A DNA stretch of 64,000 nt from a virus, in the IMG/VR virus record IMGVR_UViG_3300044835_000040, positions 32,001 through 96,000 of that record. One strand, 5' to 3'. The translations under genes and the position numbers were made by a program. Shown piece after piece: positions 44,751 through 53,659 of the stretch (positions are counted from its first letter, which is position 1; every line of letters begins with the position of its first letter). A model generated the notes under the pieces. The model was given only the letters and a program-made list of their open reading frames with translations. It searched no databases and was not told the DNA's origin.

Positions 44751-45934
44751 TGGCGTCGCTCGTCGAGTGGGTTCCGCTTCGCGCTGAGACGATCGACACG
44801 ATCCGTGCCAGGGTTGACGCGAACGTCAACGCGGGCCTGGATGAATCGGATCCGCGTTGGCAGGAGACGGTCGGCGGCGGCTTCTTCTACGACCACACGC
44901 AGTCGATGGCGCTGGAGGCCGAGCAGCTGTGGGACTTCGGTTCGACGGAGCTGCCCGCGTCGTTCTTCCTGCCGTTCAGCTGGGGGATCTATCTCGACTA
45001 CTGGGGCGAACTGCTGAACTTGCCGCGCAAGGCGGCGGTCGCGGCGACGGGTGAGGTCCGGCTAACGAACGCGTCCAGCCTGGATCAGGTGATCGCCCGT
45101 GGGCTGGAGGTCGCTGCTCCGGCGACGACACCGGAAGACTCGCCGATCGCGTTCGAGACCGCCGAAACGGTGACGGTGCCGAAAGAAGGCAGCGTGCTCA
45201 CGCGAGTCGAAGCGGTGGATGTCGGTAGCGGCTTCAACGTCTCAGCGGGCGCGGTCGGCCAGATCACTTCTCCGTCGCAGGAACTGGCGGTGACGAACGA
45301 AGACGCGATCTCTGGTGGCGCGGACGAGGAGCTGGACGAGCCGTACAAGGATCGGCTGCTGCTGGAGTTCCAGGGATCGCGCGGCGGTGGCACGAGGGAC
45401 GACTACATCGCGCAGACGCTGGCGCTCGGCAGCGTCGGCAGCGTGGTGGTGCAGCCGCACTGGGCGGGTCCGAACACGGTCCGGCTGATCATCTCCGACA
45501 CGAACAACCAGCCGCTCTCTCCGGCGGTGATCGAAGCGGTGCAGATCTTCTGGGATCCCCCGGCAGAAACGGGGCTCGGTGCGGGCGAAGCCCCGATTGA
45601 CGCTGAAGTGACCGTCGCCACGGTGACCGTCACCACCGTGAACGTCGCCGCGAAGCTGGAGCTGGAACCGGGCTTCACGCTCGACGGCGCGGGCGGCACG
45701 GTGAACGTCACCGAAGCCGTCTCGACGGTGCTGACGACGTACTTCCACTCGCTGACCGCGGGCGAGCGCGTGCAGCTGAACCGTGTGCTGGCGGCCTTCC
45801 TGTCGATCGAGGGTGTGTACGACGTGCACGTCAAAACGCTGAAACTGAACGGCACCGAAGCGGACGTGATCGTGACGGCGCTGCAGTCGGCTCAGCTCGG
45901 GACCGTCACGCTCGAATCCGAACCAGCGCCGTAG
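44750..45934 (+). CDS. Baseplate J-like protein
   Basis: YLDYWG...RKAAVAATG, GGADEELD, GGTRDDY, PHWAGPNTV. Confidence 0.9.
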   Translation: MASLVEWVPLRAETIDTIRARVDANVNAGLDESDPRWQETVGGGFFYDHTQSMALEAEQLWDFGSTELPASFFLPFSWGIYLDYWGELLNLPRKAAVAATGEVRLTNASSLDQVIARGLEVAAPATTPEDSPIAFETAETVTVPKEGSVLTRVEAVDVGSGFNVSAGAVGQITSPSQELAVTNEDAISGGADEELDEPYKDRLLLEFQGSRGGGTRDDYIAQTLALGSVGSVVVQPHWAGPNTVRLIISDTNNQPLSPAVIEAVQIFWDPPAETGLGAGEAPIDAEVTVATVTVTTVNVAAKLELEPGFTLDGAGGTVNVTEAVSTVLTTYFHSLTAGERVQLNRVLAAFLSIEGVYDVHVKTLKLNGTEADVIVTALQSAQLGTVTLESEPAP

Positions 45935-45937
45935 GCC

Positions 45938-46480
45938 GTGCCTGGACCGCTCGAAGCTCTCTCTGATCGCGGGCAGCGCATGGTGGAGGTGCTGTGGCCC
46001 CCGTCTCAGGAGGACCCGTCTGTCGTCGCGATCATGCGCGCGATGGCGGATGAGCTGGACGCCATCGAAGATCTGATGCTGACGATCCGGGAACAGGCGT
46101 GGCCGCACAAGGCTGACGACACAGAGGGGCTGCTGGCGATCCACGAGCGGATGCTGGGGATCCCGATCAAACCGGAGGGCGTGTCGCTCCCGTCGCGCCA
46201 GGATGCAGCGCGCTCGGCGATCCAGTCGCGGCGTGTCGGCTCGGCGAAACACTGGGTCGATCGCTTCAACGCGCTGATGAGCGGCAACCCGTGGAGCTAC
46301 AAACGCAACTCTCCCGGCCGGGGGCAGCTGACGATCACCATCCCCTACAGCGAACACTCCTACTCGGCGTCGCAGGTGATCAAGCTCGCCGAACGCGTGA
46401 CGCCTGCGCACATCGAACTGCTCGTCGCCTACGAATCGGGCTGGCTGGCGGGCATCTCGCGCGTCGGCGATCCCCTCTGA
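45938..46480 (+). CDS. Baseplate/tail protein I-like (DUF2313-like)
   Basis: GLLAIHERMLGI, VTPAH; follows J. Confidence 0.75.
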   Translation: MPGPLEALSDRGQRMVEVLWPPSQEDPSVVAIMRAMADELDAIEDLMLTIREQAWPHKADDTEGLLAIHERMLGIPIKPEGVSLPSRQDAARSAIQSRRVGSAKHWVDRFNALMSGNPWSYKRNSPGRGQLTITIPYSEHSYSASQVIKLAERVTPAHIELLVAYESGWLAGISRVGDPL

Positions 46481-46483
46481 CGA

Positions 46484-46503
46484 TAGGGCCCCGCAGGTAG
46501 CCT
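46484..46503 (+). promoter_or_regulatory. Late-type promoter for tail fibre genes
   Basis: CTGACGATAGG-gccccgcagg-TAGCCT, GTG 8 nt downstream. Confidence 0.65.
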
Positions 46504-46511
46504 CGTAGGCC

Positions 46512-47738
46512 GTGCCTGCTTACCCGACTCCTGACGAGCTGATCCAGCTCCACCATGCGGATCCGGTCCCTGCAGCGTTCTTCGATGTCACACAGGAGGT
46601 GCTGGGCACCCTCGGCCGCCTGGACCTGACGCTCGCGAACGCGACGACGCTGAAGGCGAACGCGGGGCCGGGTGCAGACAAGGCCGGGATGGGGATCAAA
46701 GGCCAGCTGCGCTTCGTCACCGCGAACGTCGAACAGTCGATGCCGGGCGGCTCGGCGGCAGGCCGGTACAACATCTACGTCACGACCGGCGCGACGCTGA
46801 TCGCCGGGGAAGAAGACACGACGGATTACAGCTGGCAGCTGGCGATCATCAAAGAAGGAGGCGGCGCGCCCGGCACCGCGTACTTCAAGCTCGTCGGCTA
46901 CCTCGACTACTCGGGCACCGCGATCACCCGTCTCGTGCAGATCTTCGGACGCCGGGACGACGCGCCGAAGGCGGCCGTCTCTCCCAGTGTCGGCGTCCCG
47001 GCGCTGGAGGCGATCATGCCAGCGTCCTCCACGGCCAACCCGATCCAGGCCCTCGTCGGCGGCACGCCGGTCTTCAGCGTCGGTCCGACGGGCGCACTCG
47101 CGATCACGAGCGGGCTGACGGCCGCGAACGCAGCGCTCGGCAAAAACGACCGCAACGCGCTGACGCTGACCGGGGCTGCGGCGGGGATGACACTCGGCGG
47201 CGACACGCAGCTCTACCGCTCGGCGGCGAACCTACTGGCGACGCCGGGGTCGCTCGCAGCGGGCGGGTTCCTGCAGGCCAACCAGGACGCGTTCGTCGGC
47301 GGCGTGCTGCATCTCGGCGCGTTCGGCGGGACGCTGTTCGACACGCAGCTCGAACGGACGGCCGTGAACACGCTGAAGACGCCGGGCGTGCTGCAGGTCG
47401 GCGGCAACCTCGCGCTGGTCTCGAACACGGGCGCGCTGCTGTTCGGCGCGGCGGGCGACACGAACCTGTACCGCTCGGCAGCGGGCGTGCTGAAGACCGA
47501 CGGGCAGTTCGTCGTCGCTGGCGGGCTGACGATCACCGGCTCGACGGCGTACGAAGGCACCGCGTTCGGCATCTTCGGTGTCACGCCGATCGGGCGCCGC
47601 ACCGGCTGGGGCGCACCGTCGCCGCCCGGCGGCGCGAAACGCACGCCGCTGATGTACGGGTCGACGTTCGCGAACCTGATCGACGAGTTCGAGACGCTGA
47701 AGGCCGACCTGATGGCCTACGGCTGGCTGGGCGCCTGA
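46512..47738 (+). CDS. Tail fibre protein
   Basis: Three DTxLxRxAxxxLxTxG repeats; position after baseplate. Confidence 0.7.
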   Translation: MPAYPTPDELIQLHHADPVPAAFFDVTQEVLGTLGRLDLTLANATTLKANAGPGADKAGMGIKGQLRFVTANVEQSMPGGSAAGRYNIYVTTGATLIAGEEDTTDYSWQLAIIKEGGGAPGTAYFKLVGYLDYSGTAITRLVQIFGRRDDAPKAAVSPSVGVPALEAIMPASSTANPIQALVGGTPVFSVGPTGALAITSGLTAANAALGKNDRNALTLTGAAAGMTLGGDTQLYRSAANLLATPGSLAAGGFLQANQDAFVGGVLHLGAFGGTLFDTQLERTAVNTLKTPGVLQVGGNLALVSNTGALLFGAAGDTNLYRSAAGVLKTDGQFVVAGGLTITGSTAYEGTAFGIFGVTPIGRRTGWGAPSPPGGAKRTPLMYGSTFANLIDEFETLKADLMAYGWLGA

Positions 47739-48913
47739 TGCTGTTCGACGAACTTCACGGCACTGACGACATCGCCATCGCGATCTCGACGAAAGGCACG
47801 CTCGCCGCGCGGCCCGGCGCGGGCACGATGGGCCGCTTCTACCACGCGACCGACGTGGGCGCGCTCTACCGTGACACCGGCACGACGTGGGAACTGGTGT
47901 CGGTCGTCGGCGGCGCTGGCGCGTTCTCCTCGCGGCCCGCGGCGGGGATCCTCGGCCGGTACTACGAAGCGACCGATCAGCAGGTCCTCTACCGCGACAC
48001 GGGGTCGGCGTGGCAGGCGATCGTCTTCCCGCTCTCGGGGCTGCTGTCGGCTCGCCCGACCCCGGCGGTCTCGGGGCGCCAGTACCTCGCGACCGACGTG
48101 AAGGTGGTCTACGTCGACAACGCATCGGCGTGGGAACCGCTCCCCGCGGTGCTGACGCCGGGGCTGCTGTCGGCACGACCGGCATCTGCGGTCGAGGGAC
48201 GGTTCTTCCGGGCGACGGACGTGGCGACGCTCTACCGCGACAACGGCGGTGGCTGGGACAACATCCTGCTGAATGGTGGCGCCAGCTCGGGCACGCTCGC
48301 TGGCCGTCCGGCGGCCGGTGTGCTCGGGCGCTGGTATCTGACGACCGACACGAACACGCTCTACCGCGACAACGGCGCGGCGTGGGAAGTGCCCGGCGGC
48401 GAACCGGGCGAACTGATCTTCTCGGCAGCGCTGACCGTCCCCGGTCGGGTGCTGAAGTGCGAAGGGCAGCCGGTGTCTCGCGGGACCTACGCGGCGCTCT
48501 GGAAGGCGCTCGGCGAAACCTCCTCCAAATGGGGCCAGGGCGACGGCGTGAACACGTTCAACGTGCCGGACTTCCGGGAACGCGTCCCGATGGGAGCGGG
48601 CGGCACGCCTGCGGTGGGAGTGAAAAGCGGGTCGACTACGACGACCCTGGAAACGGTCCACATGCCGAAACACAAGCACGGTGTGGCGCCGTACCTGTTC
48701 GGAAACGGCGACTTCGGCAACCTCGGAAACAGGACCGCTCCGGGATTCGTCGTTCTGCTCGTCGCCAGTAGCGGCTATCAGGGGGCGCCCGGTGGTCCCG
48801 GCTACGTCGGCGACGCGATCAACGGCGACGCCGACGTGGAAGAAGTCGGTGGCGGCCAGCCGCACAGCATCATGCAGCCGTCTACGGTCTGCAACGTCTG
48901 GATCCGCTACTAG
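47738..48913 (+). CDS. Tail fibre with five tandem repeats and tail-collar domain
   Basis: 5x RPxxxxxGRxYxATD...LYRDxGxxW; LKCEGQPVSRGTYAALW...GDGVNTFNVPDFRER. Confidence 0.8.
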   Translation: MLFDELHGTDDIAIAISTKGTLAARPGAGTMGRFYHATDVGALYRDTGTTWELVSVVGGAGAFSSRPAAGILGRYYEATDQQVLYRDTGSAWQAIVFPLSGLLSARPTPAVSGRQYLATDVKVVYVDNASAWEPLPAVLTPGLLSARPASAVEGRFFRATDVATLYRDNGGGWDNILLNGGASSGTLAGRPAAGVLGRWYLTTDTNTLYRDNGAAWEVPGGEPGELIFSAALTVPGRVLKCEGQPVSRGTYAALWKALGETSSKWGQGDGVNTFNVPDFRERVPMGAGGTPAVGVKSGSTTTTLETVHMPKHKHGVAPYLFGNGDFGNLGNRTAPGFVVLLVASSGYQGAPGGPGYVGDAINGDADVEEVGGGQPHSIMQPSTVCNVWIRY

Positions 48914-48923
48914 CTTGTCGGGC

Positions 48924-49229
48924 GTGAGCGAGCTGACGATCCCTGACGTGGGCGGCCGGGACGCGACGGTGAAGGTGCTGACGCAGATGCTGTATGTGGC
49001 GGCGATGGAGCGCCGCAAGCTGGATCTGACTCGGGTCGCGAACGGTCACAGTGAGGGGGATCCCGTGGCGGGCGAGGAGCCGTTGCGCGATGACGGCACG
49101 GTGAACAGCTACGAGCTGCGGCTGGGGGAGCTGTCCGAGCAGGAGCGGAGACTGGCTGAGGCGTACCCGGAGGAGATCGAGATCGTGCGCGAGCACGTTC
49201 GTAAGCGAGACAAGGAGACGGGCAAGTGA
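48924..49229 (+). CDS. Hypothetical protein
   Basis: GTG start, GTGA overlap with endolysin. Confidence 0.55.
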   Translation: MSELTIPDVGGRDATVKVLTQMLYVAAMERRKLDLTRVANGHSEGDPVAGEEPLRDDGTVNSYELRLGELSEQERRLAEAYPEEIEIVREHVRKRDKETGK

Positions 49230-50167
49230 ATCCGAGCGAGTGGACAAGGCGGGGCGTCCTCGGCTGGCTGACGCTGATGTTGCTGATCCTTGTCGTGCCT
49301 CTGGCCGTGCAGGGCTGCGGCGGTACGAAGACGGTCACACGGACGGTCGTCCAGCCGCCGACCGCGGCGATCAACAAGCTCGTCGACGAAGGCAAGCTGG
49401 TCCCGGCGGACAAGATCAAACTGGGGCCGGAATCGGGCGCCCGCCCCGACGGCTACAAAGCGGCCGCGCCGCCATCGAGCGTGCTGCGCACGCTGACTGG
49501 CTCGCAGATCCACCTGTCGCATCGCGGCGCTGTGCTGATCGAGGGCTTCGAGGGCTGGGCGTCGTGCCCCTACTGGGACGCGTACGGCGGGGTGTGGACG
49601 CGCGGCTACGGCGAAACCGAAGGCATCCACGCTGGCTCGGCCTGCATCAGTCGCAGCTTCGGGGAGCGGAATCTGATCTACCGCGCTGAACGCTTCTACG
49701 GCTTCGCGATCAAGCGGCTCGGCACGAGCTTCAACCAGAACGAGATCGACGCGCAGTTCTCCTTCCTCTGGAATCTCGGTGCGGGCATCGACCCGCCGGG
49801 CAGCACGCTCGCGCGCGGGTTCCAGCATCACAATGCTTCGGGGATCCTCGGCTACGACCGTGCTGGCGGCGTCGTGCTGGCGGGGCTCGTGACCCGCAGG
49901 CAGGCCGAGTACCGGCGCTTCAACGAACCGGCGCACGAAGAAACTCAGGCGCAGCGTCGTGCGCGGATCCACAACGAACGCGTCGCGAAACTGCACCACG
50001 ACTACCACTACCGGTCGCAGCTCGACCGGGCGCTGAAGGGCGCGAAGTGCCTGCATGGCTATGACCACTACACGAAGTCGCACCGCCGGTTCTGCAACGT
50101 CGAGCGGGCGCGTCACGGCGCGACGAACCGGGACATCAAGCGGCTCCGGGCGCTCGGCATCCGGTGA
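49226..50167 (+). CDS. GH24 lysozyme endolysin with Tat/lipoprotein-like signal
   Basis: FEG...YWD...WTRGYG catalytic triad, GLVTRRQAE; N-terminal TRRGVLG, hydrophobic stretch, VQGC. Confidence 0.85.
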   Translation: MNPSEWTRRGVLGWLTLMLLILVVPLAVQGCGGTKTVTRTVVQPPTAAINKLVDEGKLVPADKIKLGPESGARPDGYKAAAPPSSVLRTLTGSQIHLSHRGAVLIEGFEGWASCPYWDAYGGVWTRGYGETEGIHAGSACISRSFGERNLIYRAERFYGFAIKRLGTSFNQNEIDAQFSFLWNLGAGIDPPGSTLARGFQHHNASGILGYDRAGGVVLAGLVTRRQAEYRRFNEPAHEETQAQRRARIHNERVAKLHHDYHYRSQLDRALKGAKCLHGYDHYTKSHRRFCNVERARHGATNRDIKRLRALGIR

Positions 50168-50754
50168 GTGAGGCCGTGGCGATCCTGCTGACCGCTGCGC
50201 TGAGCGTCGCGCTGGCGACCGGCGTCGGCTACGCGATGCTCCGCGCCTACGAGGCGATGCCGCTGAGCGGCGGCCGCATGGCGTTCAAGCGTCGCGTCAG
50301 TGCGGTGCCGGTCGACCAGTGGCCGGAATGGGCGCGGTTGGCCTTCGAGTGGTGCGTGGCCGCCGACGGGCGTTGGCCGTACGTCTACGGCGGCGGGCAT
50401 AACGCGCGCTTCGCACCGGACGGCGGGACCCACAAACTCTCGATCAACGGCTACGACTGCTCGGCGATCATCTGCGCGGCGCTGCGCCGGGCGCACATCC
50501 TGAATCACCCGTCGGGGCCGTTCGGCACGCACGAACTGGAACGGGAGTGGGGCGTCTCGGGCGTCGGCGAGTGGGTCACGGTGTGGGTCTTCAACGGGAC
50601 GATCAACGGCGTCCCCGTCGAACACTGCGTCTTCGAGTTCTCGAAGGCTGACCGGGCTCACCGCTACTTCATGGCGTTCTTCACGGGCGGCCCGCGCTGC
50701 GGGTTCCTGAGCAGCTTCGACACGAGCCATTACCACGCACGCCACAAGGCGTAG
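50164..50754 (+). CDS. NlpC/P60-like cell-wall peptidase with N-terminal TM
   Basis: PYVYGGGH...GYDCS...EH. Confidence 0.75.
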   Translation: MSEAVAILLTAALSVALATGVGYAMLRAYEAMPLSGGRMAFKRRVSAVPVDQWPEWARLAFEWCVAADGRWPYVYGGGHNARFAPDGGTHKLSINGYDCSAIICAALRRAHILNHPSGPFGTHELEREWGVSGVGEWVTVWVFNGTINGVPVEHCVFEFSKADRAHRYFMAFFTGGPRCGFLSSFDTSHYHARHKA

Positions 50755-50764
50755 GGGGGGACTG

Positions 50765-52336
50765 ATGATCACCGTCACAGCGAAAGCCGCAGCGGCCGCC
50801 GATGGGAAGTCGTTCACGATCACGTGGACGCCGAGCAGCACCGAACGGCTCGCGGAATTCCTGATCCACTACCGCAAGAAGGGCGTGGCTAGCTGGTCGA
50901 CCGTCAGGGTATCTGCGGCGGCTCGCTCGCAGCTACTGGAAGTCGCGCCGGGCGAATACGAATGGCAGGTCCGCGCGGTCGAAGCGGGCGGTCTTGCCTC
51001 CGGCACGGTGACGGTCGCGGCGCCCGTGGTGCAGGAAGGACCGACGCTGATGAGGACGGCGGACGAGTCGGGGGTCGTGGTGTCTGCGGTCCCGGCCGCG
51101 GCGGTCGCGGTGAACTTCGCGCAGATGAAGGACACGAGCGCGACCGGCATCATCTACACGCCGAAAGGCGTGAGGGTCGGGGCGACGTTTACGCCGCAGT
51201 CGATCACGCCGGTCGTGGACGCGATCGGTGTGGACGCCGCTGGCAAAGAGGTCGGGGTGTGGCAGTCGAGTCTGCCGGGGCATTCGCGGATCACGACGGT
51301 CCCGATACCCACGCCGACACCGACGCCTGAACCGCCAGCGCCTGCGGGGATGCGGTGGCTGGGGCTGCACGGCGGCAACTGGGGCTCGCAGGCACCGATC
51401 GACATCGGGGGCATGGGCGTGAAGAGGGTCCGGCTGCCGTCGGGGAGGCTATCGGCCGAGGCTGCGGGCTACAAGGCGCAGGGCTTCGAGATCATCGGGA
51501 TCTTCGGCGAAGGCGGCTCGCTCGGGTCTCTCGCGGCCGGAGCTGCGGGCTACGCCGAAGGCGTCGCTGAAGCGGCCGTGAAGTACGACCTGCTCGCGGT
51601 CGAGGTGACGAACGAGTGGGGCGGCAACTGGTTCTGGTCGGACGCGGGGAACATCCCGGCGATGCGGTCGCTGATCAAGGCGACCCGCGAAGCGATCGAT
51701 CGTGTGGGCCACAGGGCGAAGGTGCTTGGCTCGTTCGACGGTGGCAAGGGCGGCAACGAAGGCGTGAGCTTCGGCGAAAGGGCGCACGCGGAAGGCGTGT
51801 TCGCGCCGTGCCACGGCGTCACCGTGCACCCGTATGGCGGCAGCTCGGGCGGCAACGGCGGGGGGGGAGGGGACCGGCACAAGTGCCTGCGGGCGATCGA
51901 AGTGACGGGCCTGGATCTGTGGGTCACGGAGCTGGGCTGGCCGACGGGCACGGGCTCGACGGGCGACTCGCAGTCGTGGTCGGAGGCGCAGCAGGCGGCG
52001 AGCTACGCGTCGTTCATCGTGTTCTTCGAGGCGACTCCGCGCTTCGTGTGCCTGATCTTCTACGGCTACAAGAACACGTCGGATTCCGGCGCCGACCAGT
52101 ACGGCGTGGAGATGCACGACAGCAGTCGCCACAAGCCCGCGTTCGCGGTGCTCGGCAACGCCTGCAAGGCGCTCGCTGCGAAACAGGCGATGCTCCCGGC
52201 GCTGGCTGGGATGCTCGAATGCGAGATGCCGCCGGTCGACGAGCAGCAGCCGGGCACGGAGGAATTCGCGTGGGGGCTGGGGGAGAAGCTGACCCCGCAC
52301 CAGCTGGCTGATCGCGCTCACGCGTCGATGCGGTAG
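50765..52336 (+). CDS. FN3-like domain plus clan GH-A glycoside hydrolase
   Basis: TITW...YEWQVRA; VTNE acid/base, VHPYG, WVTELGW nucleophile; PT linker. Confidence 0.75.
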   Translation: MITVTAKAAAAADGKSFTITWTPSSTERLAEFLIHYRKKGVASWSTVRVSAAARSQLLEVAPGEYEWQVRAVEAGGLASGTVTVAAPVVQEGPTLMRTADESGVVVSAVPAAAVAVNFAQMKDTSATGIIYTPKGVRVGATFTPQSITPVVDAIGVDAAGKEVGVWQSSLPGHSRITTVPIPTPTPTPEPPAPAGMRWLGLHGGNWGSQAPIDIGGMGVKRVRLPSGRLSAEAAGYKAQGFEIIGIFGEGGSLGSLAAGAAGYAEGVAEAAVKYDLLAVEVTNEWGGNWFWSDAGNIPAMRSLIKATREAIDRVGHRAKVLGSFDGGKGGNEGVSFGERAHAEGVFAPCHGVTVHPYGGSSGGNGGGGGDRHKCLRAIEVTGLDLWVTELGWPTGTGSTGDSQSWSEAQQAASYASFIVFFEATPRFVCLIFYGYKNTSDSGADQYGVEMHDSSRHKPAFAVLGNACKALAAKQAMLPALAGMLECEMPPVDEQQPGTEEFAWGLGEKLTPHQLADRAHASMR

Positions 52337-52400
52337 GTGTTCGAGCACGTCCGGTGGCCGCGCTAGTTTCACCGCTACTGCGACTACTGGAGGTGCGAGA

Positions 52401-53657
52401 ATGGCGGGTGTGACGGAGCAGCAGGAGCCTGACGTGGTGGCCGGGGAGGACTCGGCCGAGGAGCAGGCGAGGGTGCGTGCGCAGCAGGCGGCGGGGCAGC
52501 TGATGGCGCCGGGCGATGCGACGCTCCCCGCGCGTCATCGCTACGCGGCGGCGCAGGTGCAGGTGATCAAGGGCACGGTCGCCAAGAAGCTGACGGACAT
52601 CGAGCTGGCGTGGTTCCTGGAGGTTGCGGCCCGCTACAGGCTGGACCCGCTGCTGAAGGAGATCTTCGCGGCGAAGTTCGAGGGCGACAGCGGACCCGTG
52701 ACGATCTTCGCTGGTCGTGATGGGCTGCTGAAGGCGGCTCGCGACACGGGGCGCTTCGTGCGGATGGAATCGCACACGGTCTGCGAGAAAGACGTGTTCC
52801 GCAAGGTCGTCGACACGGCCGCGTCGATCGAGGAGGACCGGGAGGTCCTGACGATCCACCACGAGACGAAAGGGATGGGCTCGGCCGCGCGCGGGCCTAT
52901 CGTCGGCGCGTATGCGCTGGTGTGGACGACCAGCTCGCCGCACCCGTGGTACTCGGAGGCGACGTGGGAGGAGTACGGCCAGCGCAAGCAGGAGACGAAC
53001 AGCAAGAAGGACACGCTTTGGACGCTTGACAGCTCGAAGGGGTTCCCGTCGGCGATGATGGTGAAGGTGCCGGAGTCCTACACGCTGCGCAAGGCGTGCG
53101 GGCTGACGGGGCTGGTTGGCGAAGACGAGATCCGCCAGCAGCTCGACGAGGAGCCGGAGCGTCCGGCGCTGTCGGGTAGCGGCGCGACGCCGACGGTCGA
53201 GTACCCGGAGGACGAGCGCGGCGAACGGCTGAAGGCGCTGGTCGGGCGCGCGAACGAGCTGGTGCCGGGGTCGTGGCGTGACGCGAAGGTCGCGGTCGAG
53301 CTGGGCGTCGGTGACGAGGCCGCGATCGAAGCGCTGATCGGCAAGGTGGGACGATTTATCGCGACGCGCTCGCCGAGCGACCCGTTGCTGATGGTCGCGG
53401 CCACCGCGGAGGACGAGCCGGAGGCCGAGGAGCCGCTGCCGCACGTGGAGTGGGACGCTGACGCGTACCGCAACGTGCAGCTCGCGGTCGCGAACATCGA
53501 CGAGCGCCTGGAGGACCCGGAGCTGACTGAGCAGGCGCGTGTGGTGGTCGAAGGCGAACGCGCTGAGGGCGGCCGTCTGCTGCTCGCGTACGAGGCCGTG
53601 ATGCCGGAGGCCGCTGAGCCGGTCGAGGAGCAGGTCGACGGCCCGACTGAGCTGTAG
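52401..53657 (+). CDS. RecT/Bet-like single-strand annealing protein
   Basis: LDPLLKEIF, GRDGLLKAA, IVGAYA, PSAMMVKVPESYTLRKA. Confidence 0.8.
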   Translation: MAGVTEQQEPDVVAGEDSAEEQARVRAQQAAGQLMAPGDATLPARHRYAAAQVQVIKGTVAKKLTDIELAWFLEVAARYRLDPLLKEIFAAKFEGDSGPVTIFAGRDGLLKAARDTGRFVRMESHTVCEKDVFRKVVDTAASIEEDREVLTIHHETKGMGSAARGPIVGAYALVWTTSSPHPWYSEATWEEYGQRKQETNSKKDTLWTLDSSKGFPSAMMVKVPESYTLRKACGLTGLVGEDEIRQQLDEEPERPALSGSGATPTVEYPEDERGERLKALVGRANELVPGSWRDAKVAVELGVGDEAAIEALIGKVGRFIATRSPSDPLLMVAATAEDEPEAEEPLPHVEWDADAYRNVQLAVANIDERLEDPELTEQARVVVEGERAEGGRLLLAYEAVMPEAAEPVEEQVDGPTEL

Positions 53658-53659
53658 TC

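Noticed and set aside
29109-46480. Tailocin or extracellular contractile injection system
   Set aside because: Portal, protease, capsid and replication genes are present, so this is a phage.
46512-48913. Diversity-generating retroelement targeting tail fibres
   Set aside because: No reverse transcriptase and no adenine-variant template/variable repeat pair seen.
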